64,000 nucleotides of DNA from the NCBI RefSeq assembly GCF_055900595.2, contig NZ_CM148325.1. One strand, written 5' to 3'. The translations under genes were made by a program, and so were the position numbers. The notes under the pieces are model-generated. The model saw only the letters and a list, made by a program, of their open reading frames with translations, ran no database searches and was not told where the DNA came from. Below, one piece after another: positions 1 through 15,346 of this stretch (the first letter of the stretch is position 1; the number at the start of each line of letters is the position of its first letter).

Positions 1-2186
1 GTCCCTTTGTCTGGCAACTGGCACAGCAATTAAATCTTCACGGCGATGTCTGTAATGACGGCGATGGCGTAGAAGTCCGGCTGCTGGAAGACCCGAAAAC
101 GTTTCTTGTTCAATTGCATCAGCACTGCCCGCCGCTGGCGCGTATTGATAGCGTCGAATGTGAGCCGTTTATCTGGATGCAGCCGCCCACTGAGTTCACC
201 ATCCGCCAGAGCGCGGGCGGCGTCATGAATACGCAAATTGTTCCCGATGCCGCAACTTGCCCTGCCTGTCTTGCCGAAATGAATACCCCAGGCGAACGGC
301 GTTATCGTTATCCGTTTATCAACTGTACCCATTGCGGCCCGCGTTTCACCATTATTCGCGCGATGCCTTACGACCGTCCATTTACCGTGATGGCGGCGTT
401 TCCGCTATGTCCGGCCTGCGATAAAGAATATCGCGACCCGCTCGATCGTCGCTTCCACGCCCAGCCGGTGGCCTGCCCGGAGTGTGGCCCACATCTTGAA
501 TGGCTAAGTCCTGGTGAACATGCGAAACAAGATGCGGCATTACAGGCGGCTATCGCTCAGTTAAAAATGGGCAACATTGTCGCTATCAAAGGGATTGGCG
601 GATTTCATCTCGCCTGCGATGCGCGTAACAGTAACGCGGTGGCGACACTACGGGCGAGCAAACATCGCCCGGCGAAACCGCTGGCGGTTATGTTGCCAAC
701 GGCAGAAGGTTTACCCGACGCTGCCCGTCAGTTGCTCACCACGCCCGCCGCGCCGATTGTTCTGGTGGATAAAATATATGTTCCGGAACTTTGTGACGAT
801 ATCGCCCCTGGCCTTAACGAAGTCGGGGTGATGTTGCCTGCGAATCCGCTCCAGCATTTGCTGTTACAGGAACTGCAATGCCCGCTGGTGATGACCTCCG
901 GCAACCTGAGCGGTAAACCACCGGCTATCAGCAACGAACAGGCGCTGGAGGATTTGCAGGACATTGCCGACGGATTCTTGATTCATAACCGCGACATCGT
1001 GCAGCGGATGGATGATTCAGTGGTGCGCGAAAGTGGCGAAATGTTGCGCCGCTCGCGGGGGTATGTACCGGATGCGCTGGCTTTGCCTCCGGGCTTTAAA
1101 AATATTCCTCCTGTGCTGTGTCTCGGTGCGGATCTGAAAAATACCTTCTGTCTGGTGCGTGGTGAACAGGCGGTGTTGAGTCAACATTTGGGCGATTTAA
1201 GTGACGATGGCATTCAGATGCAGTGGCGCGAAGCGTTGCGCCTGATGCAAAACATCTACGATTTTACTCCACAGTTTGTGGTGCATGATGCGCATCCGGG
1301 CTATGTCTCCAGCCAGTGGGCGCGTGAGATGAATCTGCCGACGCAAACGGTGCTGCATCACCATGCCCACGCGGCGGCGTGTCTGGCAGAACATCACTGG
1401 CCGCTGGATGGCAGTGATGTCATTGCTTTGACGCTCGACGGTATTGGTATGGGCGAAAACGGCGCTTTATGGGGCGGCGAGTGCTTGCGGGTGAACTATC
1501 GCGAATGCCAGCACCTGGGCGGCTTGCCTGCGGTGGCGCTTCCGGGGGGCGATCTTGCGGCAAAGCAGCCGTGGCGAAACCTGCTGGCGCAGTGCCTGCG
1601 CTTTGTGCCGGAGTGGCAGAATTACCCTGAAACGGTAAGTGTGCAACAGCAAAACTGGAGCGTGCTGGCGCGGGCCATTGAGCGTGGAATTAACGCGCCG
1701 CTGGCGTCATCGTGTGGGCGTTTGTTCGATGCTGTGGCGGCGGCACTGGGCTGTGCGCCAGCCACGTTAAGTTATGAAGGTGAAGCGGCTTGTGCCCTCG
1801 AGGCGCTGGCGGCTTCGTGCCAGGGAGTAACGCATCCGGTGACGATGCCGCTGGTGGACAATCAACTGGATCTCGCCACTTTCTGGCAGCAGTGGCTGAA
1901 CTGGCAGGCACCGGTTAATCAACGCGCGTGGGCATTTCATGATGCGCTGGCGCAGGGTTTTGCCGCGTTGATGCGTGAGCAGGCCACGATGCGTGGTATC
2001 ACTACGCTGGTATTTAGCGGCGGGGTTATTCATAACCGTTTGCTGCGTGCACGTCTGGCGCATTATCTTGCTGACTTTACGTTGCTCTTCCCGCAGAGTT
2101 TACCTGCGGGGGATGGCGGGTTGTCTCTGGGGCAGGGGGTTATTGCTGCGGCCCGTTGGGTGGCGGGTGAAGCCCAGAACGGATAA
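1..2186 (+). CDS. hypF: Carbamoyltransferase HypF (hydrogenase maturation), 5'-truncated by window edge
   Basis: Frame continues open from position 3 ([20 protein letters not shown]...); 690-aa track ORF matches HypF C-terminal ~700 aa; stop at 2184-2186. Confidence 0.93.
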   Translation, partial: PFVWQLAQQLNLHGDVCNDGDGVEVRLLEDPKTFLVQLHQHCPPLARIDSVECEPFIWMQPPTEFTIRQSAGGVMNTQIVPDAATCPACLAEMNTPGERRYRYPFINCTHCGPRFTIIRAMPYDRPFTVMAAFPLCPACDKEYRDPLDRRFHAQPVACPECGPHLEWLSPGEHAKQDAALQAAIAQLKMGNIVAIKGIGGFHLACDARNSNAVATLRASKHRPAKPLAVMLPTAEGLPDAARQLLTTPAAPIVLVDKIYVPELCDDIAPGLNEVGVMLPANPLQHLLLQELQCPLVMTSGNLSGKPPAISNEQALEDLQDIADGFLIHNRDIVQRMDDSVVRESGEMLRRSRGYVPDALALPPGFKNIPPVLCLGADLKNTFCLVRGEQAVLSQHLGDLSDDGIQMQWREALRLMQNIYDFTPQFVVHDAHPGYVSSQWAREMNLPTQTVLHHHAHAAACLAEHHWPLDGSDVIALTLDGIGMGENGALWGGECLRVNYRECQHLGGLPAVALPGGDLAAKQPWRNLLAQCLRFVPEWQNYPETVSVQQQNWSVLARAIERGINAPLASSCGRLFDAVAAALGCAPATLSYEGEAACALEALAASCQGVTHPVTMPLVDNQLDLATFWQQWLNWQAPVNQRAWAFHDALAQGFAALMREQATMRGITTLVFSGGVIHNRLLRARLAHYLADFTLLFPQSLPAGDGGLSLGQGVIAAARWVAGEAQNG

Positions 2187-2208
2187 ACGTGTTGCATTTG
2201 GGCGCAGT

Positions 2209-2292
2209 GCCGGATGCGGCGTGAACGCCTTATCCGGCCTACACATGCGCTTCCCGTAGGTCGGATAAGACGCGCCAGCGTCGCATCCGACA
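2209..2292. repeat. REP/BIME palindromic element pair (gccggatgcggcgtgaacgccttatccggcctaca / gtaggtcggataagacgcgccagcgtcgcatccgaca)
   Basis: Two inverted REP-type palindromes in hypF-norW intergenic region, seen directly. Confidence 0.8.
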
Positions 2293-2312
2293 TTTTGGGC
2301 ACACTAGCCCGC

Positions 2313-3446
2313 CTACATCGGCAAGGTTTTCAACAATCCAAACGCCTCTTTCATCCGATCCTCACTGACTACAAAGGCGCGAAGCTGGTCGGCATCGTCA
2401 ACGCCGCGCGCCACCATTCCCTGGCTTTCGGTACAAATCTGCCAGCGCAAATCCCGACGCTGGGTTTCGCCTGCCAGATGCAGCGGTAATTCCGGCGTTT
2501 TGATTTTCACCAGCATCGCCGGGAGTTTCAGCGGCGTGTTATTGCCGAGAAGATTTTTTGCCAGCACCATCGCGCTAAGTTGAATCGGCTGGAGGAACGG
2601 CAATACCTGACCGTTAATTTCCGCGCAATCGCCCAGCGCATAAATATCGGCATTACTGGTTTGCAGATAACTATCGACGCAAACGCCGCGATTAATCGTC
2701 AGCCCTGCACGTCGTGCCAGGGCGGTTTCCGGGCGCAGTCCGGTGGCGGCAATTACCGCATCCACTTCGATGCTGCGCTGGCGGTCCAGCGTTGCCAGAA
2801 TGCCAGAATCCGTTTTTTCCAGCCCCTGCAACTGAGATTTCAACAGCAGATGAACGCCCATCTCCGTCAACCGATGCTGTAAGCGACTGCTTACTTCCGG
2901 TGGCATTAACGACGCCAGAATACTGGCAGCGTTGTCGATTAGCGTGACCGCTTTGCCTGCCCGACAAAAATCCATCGCCAGTTCGCTACCAATCAAACCA
3001 CCGCCTACAATCAACACCCGTCGGGCATCCCTCAGTTGTGTTTCACAGGCGCGATACTCTTGCTGACTATTTAACGTCAGCATTAACTCACGCCCAGGCA
3101 CCGGCGGGACAAAGGCGTTGGCACCGGTTGCCAGCACTAGCTTGTCGTATTGCCACTGATTATTCTGGCTTTTCACCACATGGGCTTCGGCATCGATATC
3201 CGTCACCCAGGTGTGCGGAAACAGGCGCAGATTAAACTGCTCGGCAAATTCACCCGCCGTCTGGCGGGTAAGGTCGTCGGCACGTTGCCCCTGACTGATC
3301 ACATGGCTAAGATCAGGTTTGTTGTACTCATCCATGCTGTCGGCGGCAATCAGGGTCAATGGAATACCGGTATCCTGTTTACGAATATTTTTCACCAGTT
3401 GGCGGGCGGCGAAGCCTGAACCAATGATCACAATGCCGTTGCTCAT
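2313..3446 (-). CDS. norW: NADH:flavorubredoxin reductase
   Basis: 377-aa ORF with N-terminal FAD/NAD Rossmann motif ([10 protein letters not shown]), overlaps norV stop by 4 nt. Confidence 0.93.
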   Translation of the reverse strand: MSNGIVIIGSGFAARQLVKNIRKQDTGIPLTLIAADSMDEYNKPDLSHVISQGQRADDLTRQTAGEFAEQFNLRLFPHTWVTDIDAEAHVVKSQNNQWQYDKLVLATGANAFVPPVPGRELMLTLNSQQEYRACETQLRDARRVLIVGGGLIGSELAMDFCRAGKAVTLIDNAASILASLMPPEVSSRLQHRLTEMGVHLLLKSQLQGLEKTDSGILATLDRQRSIEVDAVIAATGLRPETALARRAGLTINRGVCVDSYLQTSNADIYALGDCAEINGQVLPFLQPIQLSAMVLAKNLLGNNTPLKLPAMLVKIKTPELPLHLAGETQRRDLRWQICTESQGMVARGVDDADQLRAFVVSEDRMKEAFGLLKTLPM

Positions 3447-4882
3447 TTTGCCTCCGATGCCAGTTCGTCAAAGACGTCTTTGCCGAGAGAGCATTCCGGG
3501 CACAGGAAGTTATCCGGGACTTCACTCCACGGCGTTCCTGGCGCAACGTCCTGCATTGGCTCGCCTTTTGCCGGATCGTAAATCCACTGGCAGACACTGC
3601 ACTGCATCCGTGGGCCGAGGTCAGCCGTCGTGGTGGCACAGGTTTCTTCTTTAACCACCGTATTCACCGTGCTCTGTGGCAGCGGCGAAAGCGCCCACTG
3701 ACGGGCAATTTCACGACCGTGTTCACGGCATAACTCCAGCGCGTCCTGGTCCGGTCGCCATTTGGCTTTCAGGCTAAGCGACATTTCGAAACCTGCATCC
3801 TGCAGGCGTGTGGAAAGACGATCCACCGCACCGCCGCTCCAGCCGTGAGAGCCGAAAGCACTGGCGCGTTTGTTACGGAAGCGTAATCCGGTCATCTCCT
3901 CCACCAGCCCGGCGATTTTCGGCATCATCACGTTATTCATCGTCGACGTGCCGACCAGCACGCCTTTTGAGCGGAAGACATTGGTCAGGATTTCGTTTTT
4001 ATCGCTTCGGGCAACGTTGAAAATTTTCACCGCCACGCGTGGGTCGGTTTCCGCAATACCCTGGGCGATAGCATCGGCCATCATGCGGGTATTATTCGAC
4101 ATGGTGTCGTAGAAAATGGTGATTCTGTCTTCCTGATAATCCGCCGCCCATTTCAGGTACAGCTCGACAATTTGCGTCGGGTTATCGCGCCATACCACGC
4201 CGTGAGAGGTCGCTATCATATCGACCGGCAAGTTAAAGCCCAGGATCTCGGTGATTTTCGGCGTTACCAGGCGGCTGAACGGTGTCAGGATATTGGCGTA
4301 GTAACGCTGACACTGCTCGAAAAGCTCGGTCTGATCCACTTCATCGTTGAAGAGATGCTCGTCGCAGTAGTGCTGACCGAAAGCATCGTTACTGAACAGC
4401 ACCGCGTCGCCCGTCAGGTAAGTCATCATGCTGTCCGGCCAGTGCAGCATTGGCGTTTCGACAAAAATGAGTTGTTTGCCGTTGCCGATATCCAGCGTGT
4501 CGCCGGTTTTCACCACGTTGAAATTCCACTCCGGATGATGGTGATGACCATTTATTGAGTCGATAGCGTTGGCAGTACAATAGATCGGCGTATCGGGAAT
4601 TTGCGCCATCAGTTCGGTCAGCGCCCCGGCGTGGTCCTCTTCAGCATGGTTAATCACGATGTAATCGATATCCGCCAGATCGATTTCATTACGCAGGTTC
4701 TGCACAAATTCGCGGCTGAATTTATGGTCGACGGTGTCGATCAGTACGTTTTTTTCTTCGCGGATGAGGTAGCTGTTGTAACTGCTGCCGCGCAGCGTTT
4801 TATATTCTGTACCGTGAAAATCACGCACTTCCCAGTCACGTTGACCAACCCAATGAATGTTATTTTTCACCACAATAGACAT
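3443..4882 (-). CDS. norV: Anaerobic nitric oxide reductase flavorubredoxin
   Basis: 479-aa ORF; metallo-beta-lactamase/flavodoxin core and C-terminal rubredoxin Cys pairs (CSVCQWIYD...CPECS). Confidence 0.94.
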   Translation of the reverse strand: MSIVVKNNIHWVGQRDWEVRDFHGTEYKTLRGSSYNSYLIREEKNVLIDTVDHKFSREFVQNLRNEIDLADIDYIVINHAEEDHAGALTELMAQIPDTPIYCTANAIDSINGHHHHPEWNFNVVKTGDTLDIGNGKQLIFVETPMLHWPDSMMTYLTGDAVLFSNDAFGQHYCDEHLFNDEVDQTELFEQCQRYYANILTPFSRLVTPKITEILGFNLPVDMIATSHGVVWRDNPTQIVELYLKWAADYQEDRITIFYDTMSNNTRMMADAIAQGIAETDPRVAVKIFNVARSDKNEILTNVFRSKGVLVGTSTMNNVMMPKIAGLVEEMTGLRFRNKRASAFGSHGWSGGAVDRLSTRLQDAGFEMSLSLKAKWRPDQDALELCREHGREIARQWALSPLPQSTVNTVVKEETCATTTADLGPRMQCSVCQWIYDPAKGEPMQDVAPGTPWSEVPDNFLCPECSLGKDVFDELASEAK

Positions 4883-4929
4883 AGCAACCTCAATTTATTC
4901 AGCGTGTTCTAAAAAGATGTCTTGCTAAT

Positions 4930-4945
4930 TGCAGATTGCGTGCCA
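4930..4945 (-). promoter_or_regulatory. sigma54 (-24/-12) promoter of norVW
   Basis: Minus-strand sequence TGGCACGCAATCTGCA fits TGGCAC-N5-TTGCW just upstream of norV. Confidence 0.7.
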
Positions 4946-5000
4946 GTTTTTTATCTAATTGTTTTTAATCTATAAATTAATTTATGCTCATTAATGAGTA

Positions 5001-5056
5001 GTCAAAATGACTATCAATAAAATGGTCGATATGACAATATCTATAGTCAAATTGAC
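5001..5056. promoter_or_regulatory. Three NorR enhancer sites (GT-N7-AC): gtcaaaatgac, gtcgatatgac, gtcaaattgac
   Basis: Three evenly spaced GT-N7-AC inverted repeats in norR-norV divergent intergenic region. Confidence 0.75.
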
Positions 5057-5068
5057 AGTGAGGCAAAG

Positions 5069-6583
5069 ATGAGTTTTTCCGTTGATGTGCTGGCGAATAT
5101 CGCCATCGAATTGCAGCGTGGGATTGGTCATCAGGATCGTTTTCAGCGCCTGATCACCACGCTGCGTCAGGTGCTGGAGTGCGATGCGTCTGCGTTGCTA
5201 CGTTACGACTCGCGGCAGTTTATTCCGCTTGCCATCGACGGGCTGGCGAAGGATGTACTCGGTAGACGCTTTGCGCTGGAAGGTCATCCACGGCTGGAAG
5301 CGATTGCCCGCGCCGGGGACGTGGTGCGTTTTCCCGCAGACAGCGAATTGCCCGATCCTTATGACGGTTTGATTCCCGGGCAGGAGAGTCTGAAGGTTCA
5401 CGCCTGCGTTGGTCTGCCGTTATTTGCCGGACAAAACCTGATCGGTGCATTGACACTCGACGGGATGCAGCCCGATCAGTTCGATGTTTTCAGCGACGAA
5501 GAGTTACGGCTGATTGCCGCGCTGGCGGCGGGAGCGTTAAGCAATGCGTTGCTGATTGAACAGCTGGAAAGTCAGAATATGCTGCCGGGCGATGCCGCGC
5601 CGTTTGAAGCGCTGAAAGAGACGCAGATGATCGGCCTGTCGCCAGGCATGACGCAATTGAAAAAAGAGATTGAGATTGTGGCGGCGTCCGATCTCAACGT
5701 CCTAATCAGTGGTGAGACGGGAACGGGTAAGGAGCTGGTGGCGAAAGCGATTCATGAAGCCTCGCCACGGGCGGTGAATCCGTTAGTCTATCTCAACTGT
5801 GCCGCACTGCCGGAAAGTGTGGCGGAAAGTGAGTTGTTTGGGCACGTGAAAGGGGCGTTTACTGGCGCTATCAGTAACCGCAGTGGGAAGTTTGAAATGG
5901 CGGATAACGGCACGCTGTTTCTGGATGAGATCGGCGAGTTGTCGTTGGCATTGCAGGCCAAGCTGCTGCGGGTGTTGCAGTATGGCGATATTCAGCGCGT
6001 TGGCGATGACCGCAGTTTGCGGGTCGATGTGCGCGTGCTGGCGGCGACTAACCGCGACTTGCGCGAAGAGGTGCTGGCAGGGCGATTTCGTGCTGACTTG
6101 TTTCATCGCCTGAGTGTGTTTCCGCTTTCGGTGCCGCCGCTGCGTGAGCGGGGTGATGACGTCATTCTGCTGGCGGGGTATTACTGCGAACAGTGCCGCC
6201 TGCGGTTGGGGCTTTCCCGCGTGGTGTTAAGTTCCGGGGCGCGGAATTTATTGCAACATTATAGTTTCCCGGGGAACGTGCGCGAACTGGAACATGCTAT
6301 TCATCGGGCGGTGGTGCTGGCGAGAGCGACCCGCAGCGGCGATGAAGTGATTCTCGAGGCGCAACATTTTGCTTTTCCTGAGGTGACGTTGCCGCCGCCA
6401 GAAGCGGCGGCGGTGCCTATTGTTAAGCAAAACCTGCGTGAAGCGACAGAAGCGTTCCAGCGTGAAACTATTCGCCAGGCGCTGGCACAAAATCATCACA
6501 ACTGGGCTGCCAGCGCACGGATGCTGGAAACCGACGTCGCCAACCTGCATCGGCTGGCGAAACGTCTGGGGCTGAAGGATTAA
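5069..6583 (+). CDS. norR: Sigma54-dependent NO-responsive transcriptional activator NorR
   Basis: 504 aa; GAF N-terminus, AAA+ sigma54 activator core ([14 protein letters not shown]), C-terminal HTH. Confidence 0.94.
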   Translation: MSFSVDVLANIAIELQRGIGHQDRFQRLITTLRQVLECDASALLRYDSRQFIPLAIDGLAKDVLGRRFALEGHPRLEAIARAGDVVRFPADSELPDPYDGLIPGQESLKVHACVGLPLFAGQNLIGALTLDGMQPDQFDVFSDEELRLIAALAAGALSNALLIEQLESQNMLPGDAAPFEALKETQMIGLSPGMTQLKKEIEIVAASDLNVLISGETGTGKELVAKAIHEASPRAVNPLVYLNCAALPESVAESELFGHVKGAFTGAISNRSGKFEMADNGTLFLDEIGELSLALQAKLLRVLQYGDIQRVGDDRSLRVDVRVLAATNRDLREEVLAGRFRADLFHRLSVFPLSVPPLRERGDDVILLAGYYCEQCRLRLGLSRVVLSSGARNLLQHYSFPGNVRELEHAIHRAVVLARATRSGDEVILEAQHFAFPEVTLPPPEAAAVPIVKQNLREATEAFQRETIRQALAQNHHNWAASARMLETDVANLHRLAKRLGLKD

Positions 6584-7545
6584 ATAATCCCGGCCTGATA
6601 GAAATCCTGCAGGTTAATTGCGCCGGTAAGTTTGCCATTTTCATCCACCACTGGTGCGGCGGTGATTTTGCGCTTCATCAGAACTTCTTTGGCGTCGATG
6701 GCGCGACTTTGCGATAGCAACGTCGTGCCGCCTGCCGTCATCGCTTCATTAACTGGCGTGGTGAGTGCACCGCCGCCAACCAGCCAGCGACGTAAATCCC
6801 CGTCGGTAAAGACGCCTTTCACCAGCCGTTGATCGTCGCACACGGCTACCAGTCCCAGACCGGTGCGACTAAGTTCCAGCATCGCATCCATCACGCTGGC
6901 GGTTAACGCCACCTGCGGGATGGTGTCATCACGGCGCATCAGATGATGCACTTTGTTCAGCAAGCGAGCGCCCAGAGCCCCAGCTGGGTGGGAGCGGGCA
7001 AAATCTTCTTCATTAAATCCGCGCGCCTGCATGACCGCCATCGCCAGCGCGTCGCCCATCATCAGGGTATTGACGGTGCTGGAGGTCGGCGCAAGGTGCA
7101 TCGGGCAGGCTTCGCGTTCTACAGAGATATCCAGCACCGCTTTCGCCGCCAGGCCCAGCGGTGATGTCGGTTTACCGGTCATCGCCAGCAGCGCGATAGA
7201 TTTGTCTTCCAGACGCGGAATAATCAGATCCAGTTCCTTTGCGCCACCGGAGTAAGAGATAAACAGCATCACATCGCGGCTTTCAATCATCCCCAGATCG
7301 CCGTGCAGTGCTTCTGCCGGATGGACAAAAAAAGCAGGCGTGCCGGTACTGGCAAGCGTTGCGGCGATTTTCTTACCAATGTGGCCCGATTTGCCAATTC
7401 CCGAAACCACCACTTTGCCTTCGCAGTGCAGGATGATATTGGCGGCGCGAACAAAATCATCGCCCAGACGTTCTGGTAAACGGCTTGCTTCCTGCAACTC
7501 CAGCATTAACGTCTGACGCCCCGCGTTCAGTAGTGCTTCACTCAT
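6580..7545 (-). CDS. gutQ: D-arabinose 5-phosphate isomerase GutQ (SIS + CBS domains)
   Basis: 321-aa ORF matching GutQ; follows srlR in srl operon. Confidence 0.92.
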   Translation of the reverse strand: MSEALLNAGRQTLMLELQEASRLPERLGDDFVRAANIILHCEGKVVVSGIGKSGHIGKKIAATLASTGTPAFFVHPAEALHGDLGMIESRDVMLFISYSGGAKELDLIIPRLEDKSIALLAMTGKPTSPLGLAAKAVLDISVEREACPMHLAPTSSTVNTLMMGDALAMAVMQARGFNEEDFARSHPAGALGARLLNKVHHLMRRDDTIPQVALTASVMDAMLELSRTGLGLVAVCDDQRLVKGVFTDGDLRRWLVGGGALTTPVNEAMTAGGTTLLSQSRAIDAKEVLMKRKITAAPVVDENGKLTGAINLQDFYQAGII

Positions 7546-8311
7546 TGCTCTCTCCGGTTATGATCACATCGATCCCTTTCTCTTCCAGCGCCTGACGAAA
7601 CGCCGGATCGATACCTGCGTCGGTAATCAGCTTATCGACGCTTTCAAGACTACAAACCACGTTGGGGCTTTTACGGCCAAACTTCGATGAGTCAGCCATC
7701 AAAATCACTTCGCGCGCGGCATTACACATCGCTTTACTGACGGTATAGACCTCGTTGAAGGTGGTTACGCCTGCATTGAGATCGATGCCATCGGTGCCCA
7801 TAAACAATTTATCGAAGCTGAAATGTTCGAAGGCGTTCTCTGCCAGCTGCCCGTGAAATGAGGCCGATTTTTTACGAAATGTGCCGCCTGGCATCAGGAT
7901 AGTTTGTTCGTTATCCAGTTCGGATAGCGCATTGACGATGTGCAGGCTGTTGGTCATCACCGTGATGTTATTAAAGCGCGAGAGCAGGGGCACCATCTGT
8001 AATACAGTACTTCCAGCATCAAGAATGATTGAATCGCCATCATGAATAAAACTGACGGCAGCTTCTGCAATCAGCTCTTTCTTGTGGGTGTTGATGAGTG
8101 TTTTATGATCGATAGGCGGATCGGATTCCTCTTTATTCAACACCACTCCGCCATAAGTACGAATGACGGTTCCTGCATGTTCCAGAATGACCAGATCTTT
8201 GCGAATGGTTGTGCCTGTGGTGTCAAAGTATTGCGCCAATTCTTCAACCGAGCATTTCCCCTGCTTTTGCAGGTACTCCAGAATGGCGGCCTGACGCTGA
8301 CGAGGTTTCAT
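7538..8311 (-). CDS. srlR: DeoR-family glucitol operon repressor
   Basis: 257 aa, N-terminal DeoR HTH, operon context. Confidence 0.92.
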   Translation of the reverse strand: MKPRQRQAAILEYLQKQGKCSVEELAQYFDTTGTTIRKDLVILEHAGTVIRTYGGVVLNKEESDPPIDHKTLINTHKKELIAEAAVSFIHDGDSIILDAGSTVLQMVPLLSRFNNITVMTNSLHIVNALSELDNEQTILMPGGTFRKKSASFHGQLAENAFEHFSFDKLFMGTDGIDLNAGVTTFNEVYTVSKAMCNAAREVILMADSSKFGRKSPNVVCSLESVDKLITDAGIDPAFRQALEEKGIDVIITGESNE

Positions 8312-8377
8312 GGGCGTGATTACCTGATTTAGGTTTCAAAATGATAACTTCGCAAGCTAGTAACATTCACAACGAAA

Positions 8378-8737
8378 TTATCCACGTTTCAGTTTAAGCG
8401 CCAATGATAGAGCATTCTGTGATAGTGGATCATGGGGAAAGATCACATCGGGCTGTAAATCAGCAGAATGCATGCCCGTAATTGCGGGAATTTTTTGCGG
8501 TCGGGCGAAGACAGTCAGTCCTTTCATAAACAAGGTGTCGACGATGCGCTGCTGATCGTCCAGGGCGATGGCGACCACGACCCGCGGTTTAAAGCGCCCG
8601 CTGGAACGGCCCACGCCAACCCGCCCTTGCTGGCAAAGTGCGTCGAAGGCGCGGTTAAAACGAGAAATTTGCCAGCCGCCTAAGGCCAGTTGCGCACACC
8701 AGGCGATAACGGCGACGGTGATGAGTGTGGATACCAT
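8378..8737 (-). CDS. gutM: Glucitol operon activator GutM
   Basis: 119 aa, N-terminal membrane anchor, position between srlD and srlR. Confidence 0.9.
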   Translation of the reverse strand: MVSTLITVAVIAWCAQLALGGWQISRFNRAFDALCQQGRVGVGRSSGRFKPRVVVAIALDDQQRIVDTLFMKGLTVFARPQKIPAITGMHSADLQPDVIFPHDPLSQNALSLALKLKRG

Positions 8738-8768
8738 AACTTTTCCTTAATGTAGCGGCGGAAGTCCT

Positions 8769-8797
8769 GTAGGCCTGATCAACGTAGCGCATCAGGC
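8769..8797. repeat. REP palindromic element
   Basis: gtaggcctgatcaacgtagcgcatcaggc palindrome in srlD-gutM intergenic. Confidence 0.6.
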
Positions 8798-8842
8798 ATT
8801 CTATTAGTCTCGCGGAGATCCTTAACGGATCTCCGCTGTTGA

Positions 8843-9997
<1,155 letters not shown>

Positions 9998-10007
9998 GTT
10001 TCAGCCT

Positions 10008-11545
<1,538 letters not shown>

Positions 11546-11782
11546 TTATTGTTTTATTACCAAACGGCAACCTAATCTAATCAGATTGAAAGATTTAAAA
11601 GTGTTATTTTGATCGCAAAATGAAAGATAAATATTTTAATTTGAAAGTTTGTATAAAAGGATAGTGAGGCGGATGAGTTGAGTTATGTAAAGTCCGTATC
11701 GGGCAGTGACTACCGCTTCCTTGTGCGGGGCGTGATGCTTTACCATACTTGCCCCTGGTTGAATCTGTTAAATGGACCCCTC

Positions 11783-12868
11783 ATGTTCAAGCGTCGTTAT
11801 GTAACATTGCTTCCCCTTTTTGTGTTGCTTGCCGCCTGTAGCAGCAAGCCAAAATCTACTGAGACTGAAACGACCACCGGAACGCCGTCTGGCGGCTTCC
11901 TGCTTGAGCCGCAGCACAATGTGATGCAGATGGGCGGCGATTTCGCTAACAACCCGAATGCCCAGCAGTTCATCGACAAAATGGTGAACAAACACGGTTT
12001 CAATCGTCAGCAGTTGCAGGAAATTCTCTCCCAGGCGAAACGTCTGGATTCGGTATTGCGGCTGATGGATAACCAGGCACCAACCACATCGGTGAAGCCG
12101 CCATCAGGTCCGAACGGCGCATGGCTGCGTTATCGCAAAAAATTTATTACGCCGGACAACGTGCAAAACGGCGTGGTTTTCTGGAATCAGTATGAAGACG
12201 CGTTGAATCGTGCGTGGCAGGTGTATGGTGTACCGCCGGAAATTATCGTCGGGATTATCGGCGTCGAAACTCGCTGGGGACGCGTGATGGGGAAAACTCG
12301 TATCCTCGATGCGCTGGCAACGTTGTCATTTAACTACCCACGCCGCGCGGAGTATTTCTCTGGTGAGCTGGAAACCTTCTTGCTGATGGCGCGCGACGAG
12401 CAGGACGATCCGCTCAATCTGAAAGGCTCTTTTGCCGGTGCGATGGGCTACGGTCAGTTTATGCCATCGTCTTATAAACAATATGCAGTGGATTTTAGCG
12501 GCGACGGGCATATCAACCTGTGGGATCCGGTTGATGCCATCGGTAGTGTGGCGAACTATTTTAAAGCGCACGGCTGGGTGAAAGGTGATCAGGTTGCGGT
12601 GATGGCAAACGGTCAGGCTCCAGGCTTACCGAATGGCTTCAAAACCAAGTACAGCATTTCACAACTTGCTGCAGCTGGACTAACGCCACAGCAGCCGCTG
12701 GGCAATCATCAGCAGGCCAGCTTACTGCGCCTGGATGTTGGCACCGGTTATCAGTACTGGTACGGTTTGCCGAACTTCTACACTATCACCCGTTACAATC
12801 ACAGCACCCATTACGCAATGGCCGTCTGGCAGTTAGGACAAGCCGTGGCACTGGCGCGCGTGCAGTAA
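11783..12868 (+). CDS. mltB: Membrane-bound lytic murein transglycosylase B
   Basis: Track ORF 11678-12868; likely start at ATG 11783 (MFKRRYVTLLPLFVLLAACSS lipoprotein signal). Confidence 0.9.
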   Translation: MFKRRYVTLLPLFVLLAACSSKPKSTETETTTGTPSGGFLLEPQHNVMQMGGDFANNPNAQQFIDKMVNKHGFNRQQLQEILSQAKRLDSVLRLMDNQAPTTSVKPPSGPNGAWLRYRKKFITPDNVQNGVVFWNQYEDALNRAWQVYGVPPEIIVGIIGVETRWGRVMGKTRILDALATLSFNYPRRAEYFSGELETFLLMARDEQDDPLNLKGSFAGAMGYGQFMPSSYKQYAVDFSGDGHINLWDPVDAIGSVANYFKAHGWVKGDQVAVMANGQAPGLPNGFKTKYSISQLAAAGLTPQQPLGNHQQASLLRLDVGTGYQYWYGLPNFYTITRYNHSTHYAMAVWQLGQAVALARVQ

Positions 12869-13012
12869 CTATTTGCAAGAGGGGGGCGTGAGCTTCCCTC
12901 TGGCTAATCAGCTTTTTTCTGAATCCTCCTCGTAAAATTGCAACGCCAACACCATCTTCCTGACGAAAGTGCTATCTTGTCCGACATAAATTTTTGACTG
13001 ACAGAGGTTGTG

Positions 13013-13506
13013 ATGACTGACAGTGAACTGATGCAGTTAAGCGAACAGGTTGGGCAGGCGCTGAAAGCCCGTGGCGCAACCGTAACAACTGCCGAGTCTT
13101 GTACCGGCGGTTGGGTAGCGAAAGTGATTACCGATATTGCCGGTAGTTCCGCCTGGTTTGAACGCGGATTTGTCACCTACAGTAACGAAGCCAAAGCGCA
13201 GATGATCGGCGTACGCGAAGAGACGCTGGCGCAGCACGGCGCGGTGAGCGAACCCGTCGTGGTGGAAATGGCGATAGGCGCACTGAAAGCGGCTCGTGCT
13301 GATTATGCTGTGTCTGTCAGCGGTATCGCCGGGCCGGATGGCGGCAGTGAAGAGAAACCTGTCGGCACTGTCTGGTTTGCTTTTGCCACTGCCCGCGGCG
13401 AAGGCATTACCCGCCGGGAATGCTTCAGCGGTGACCGTGATGCGGTGCGTCGTCAGGCTACTGCGTATGCATTGCAAACCTTGTGGCAACAATTTCTACA
13501 AAACAC

Positions 13507-13510
<4 letters not shown>
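13013..13510 (+). CDS. pncC: NMN amidohydrolase PncC (CinA-like C-terminal domain)
   Basis: 165/166-aa ORF immediately upstream of recA. Confidence 0.9.
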
Positions 13511-14651
<1,141 letters not shown>

Positions 14652-14671
14652 TCGTCTTGTTTGATACACAA

Positions 14672-14700
14672 GGGTCGCATCTGCGGCCCTTTTGCTTTTT
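14672..14700 (+). terminator. Rho-independent terminator downstream of recA
   Basis: GC hairpin gggtcgcatctgcggccc followed by ttttgcttttt. Confidence 0.7.
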
Positions 14701-14718
14701 AAGTTGTAAGGGTATGCC

Positions 14719-15219
14719 ATGACAGAATCAACATCCCGTCGCCCGGCATATGCTCGCCTGTTGGATCGTGCGGTACGCATTCTGGCGGTGCGCGATCACA
14801 GTGAGCAAGAAGTGCGACGTAAACTCGCGGCACCGATCATGGGCAAAAATGGCCCGGAAGAGATTGATGCCACGGCAGAGGATTACGAGCGTGTTATTGC
14901 CTGGTGCCATGAACATGGCTATCTCGATGACAGCCGATTTGTTGCGCGCTTTATCGCCAGCCGTAGCCGCAAAGGTTATGGACCTGCGCGTATTCGTCAG
15001 GAACTGAATCAGAAAGGTATTTCCCGCGAAGCGACAGAAAAAGCGATGCGTGAATGTGACATCGACTGGTGTGCACTGGCGCGCGATCAGGCGACGCGAA
15101 AATATGGCGAACCTTTGCCAACTGTCTTTTCAGAAAAAGTTAAGATCCAGCGTTTTCTGCTCTATCGCGGCTATCTGATGGAGGATATCCAGGATATTTG
15201 GCGAAATTTTGCCGACTGA
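14719..15219 (+). CDS. recX: RecA regulator RecX
   Basis: 166 aa directly downstream of recA. Confidence 0.93.
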   Translation: MTESTSRRPAYARLLDRAVRILAVRDHSEQEVRRKLAAPIMGKNGPEEIDATAEDYERVIAWCHEHGYLDDSRFVARFIASRSRKGYGPARIRQELNQKGISREATEKAMRECDIDWCALARDQATRKYGEPLPTVFSEKVKIQRFLLYRGYLMEDIQDIWRNFAD

Positions 15220-15346
15220 ACGCATACGGTATTTTACTTCCCAGTCAAGAAAACTTATCTTATTCCCACTTTTCAGTTACCAGCCCGGCGGTTAAGACAC
15301 GCTGTAGCTGGTGGCGATATTTCGTTAGCTTGATTTCAGGATAATT

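Noticed and set aside
577-2259. Multiple 60-100-aa ORFs overlapping hypF in other frames
   Set aside because: Embedded within a long, well-supported gene; no independent evidence
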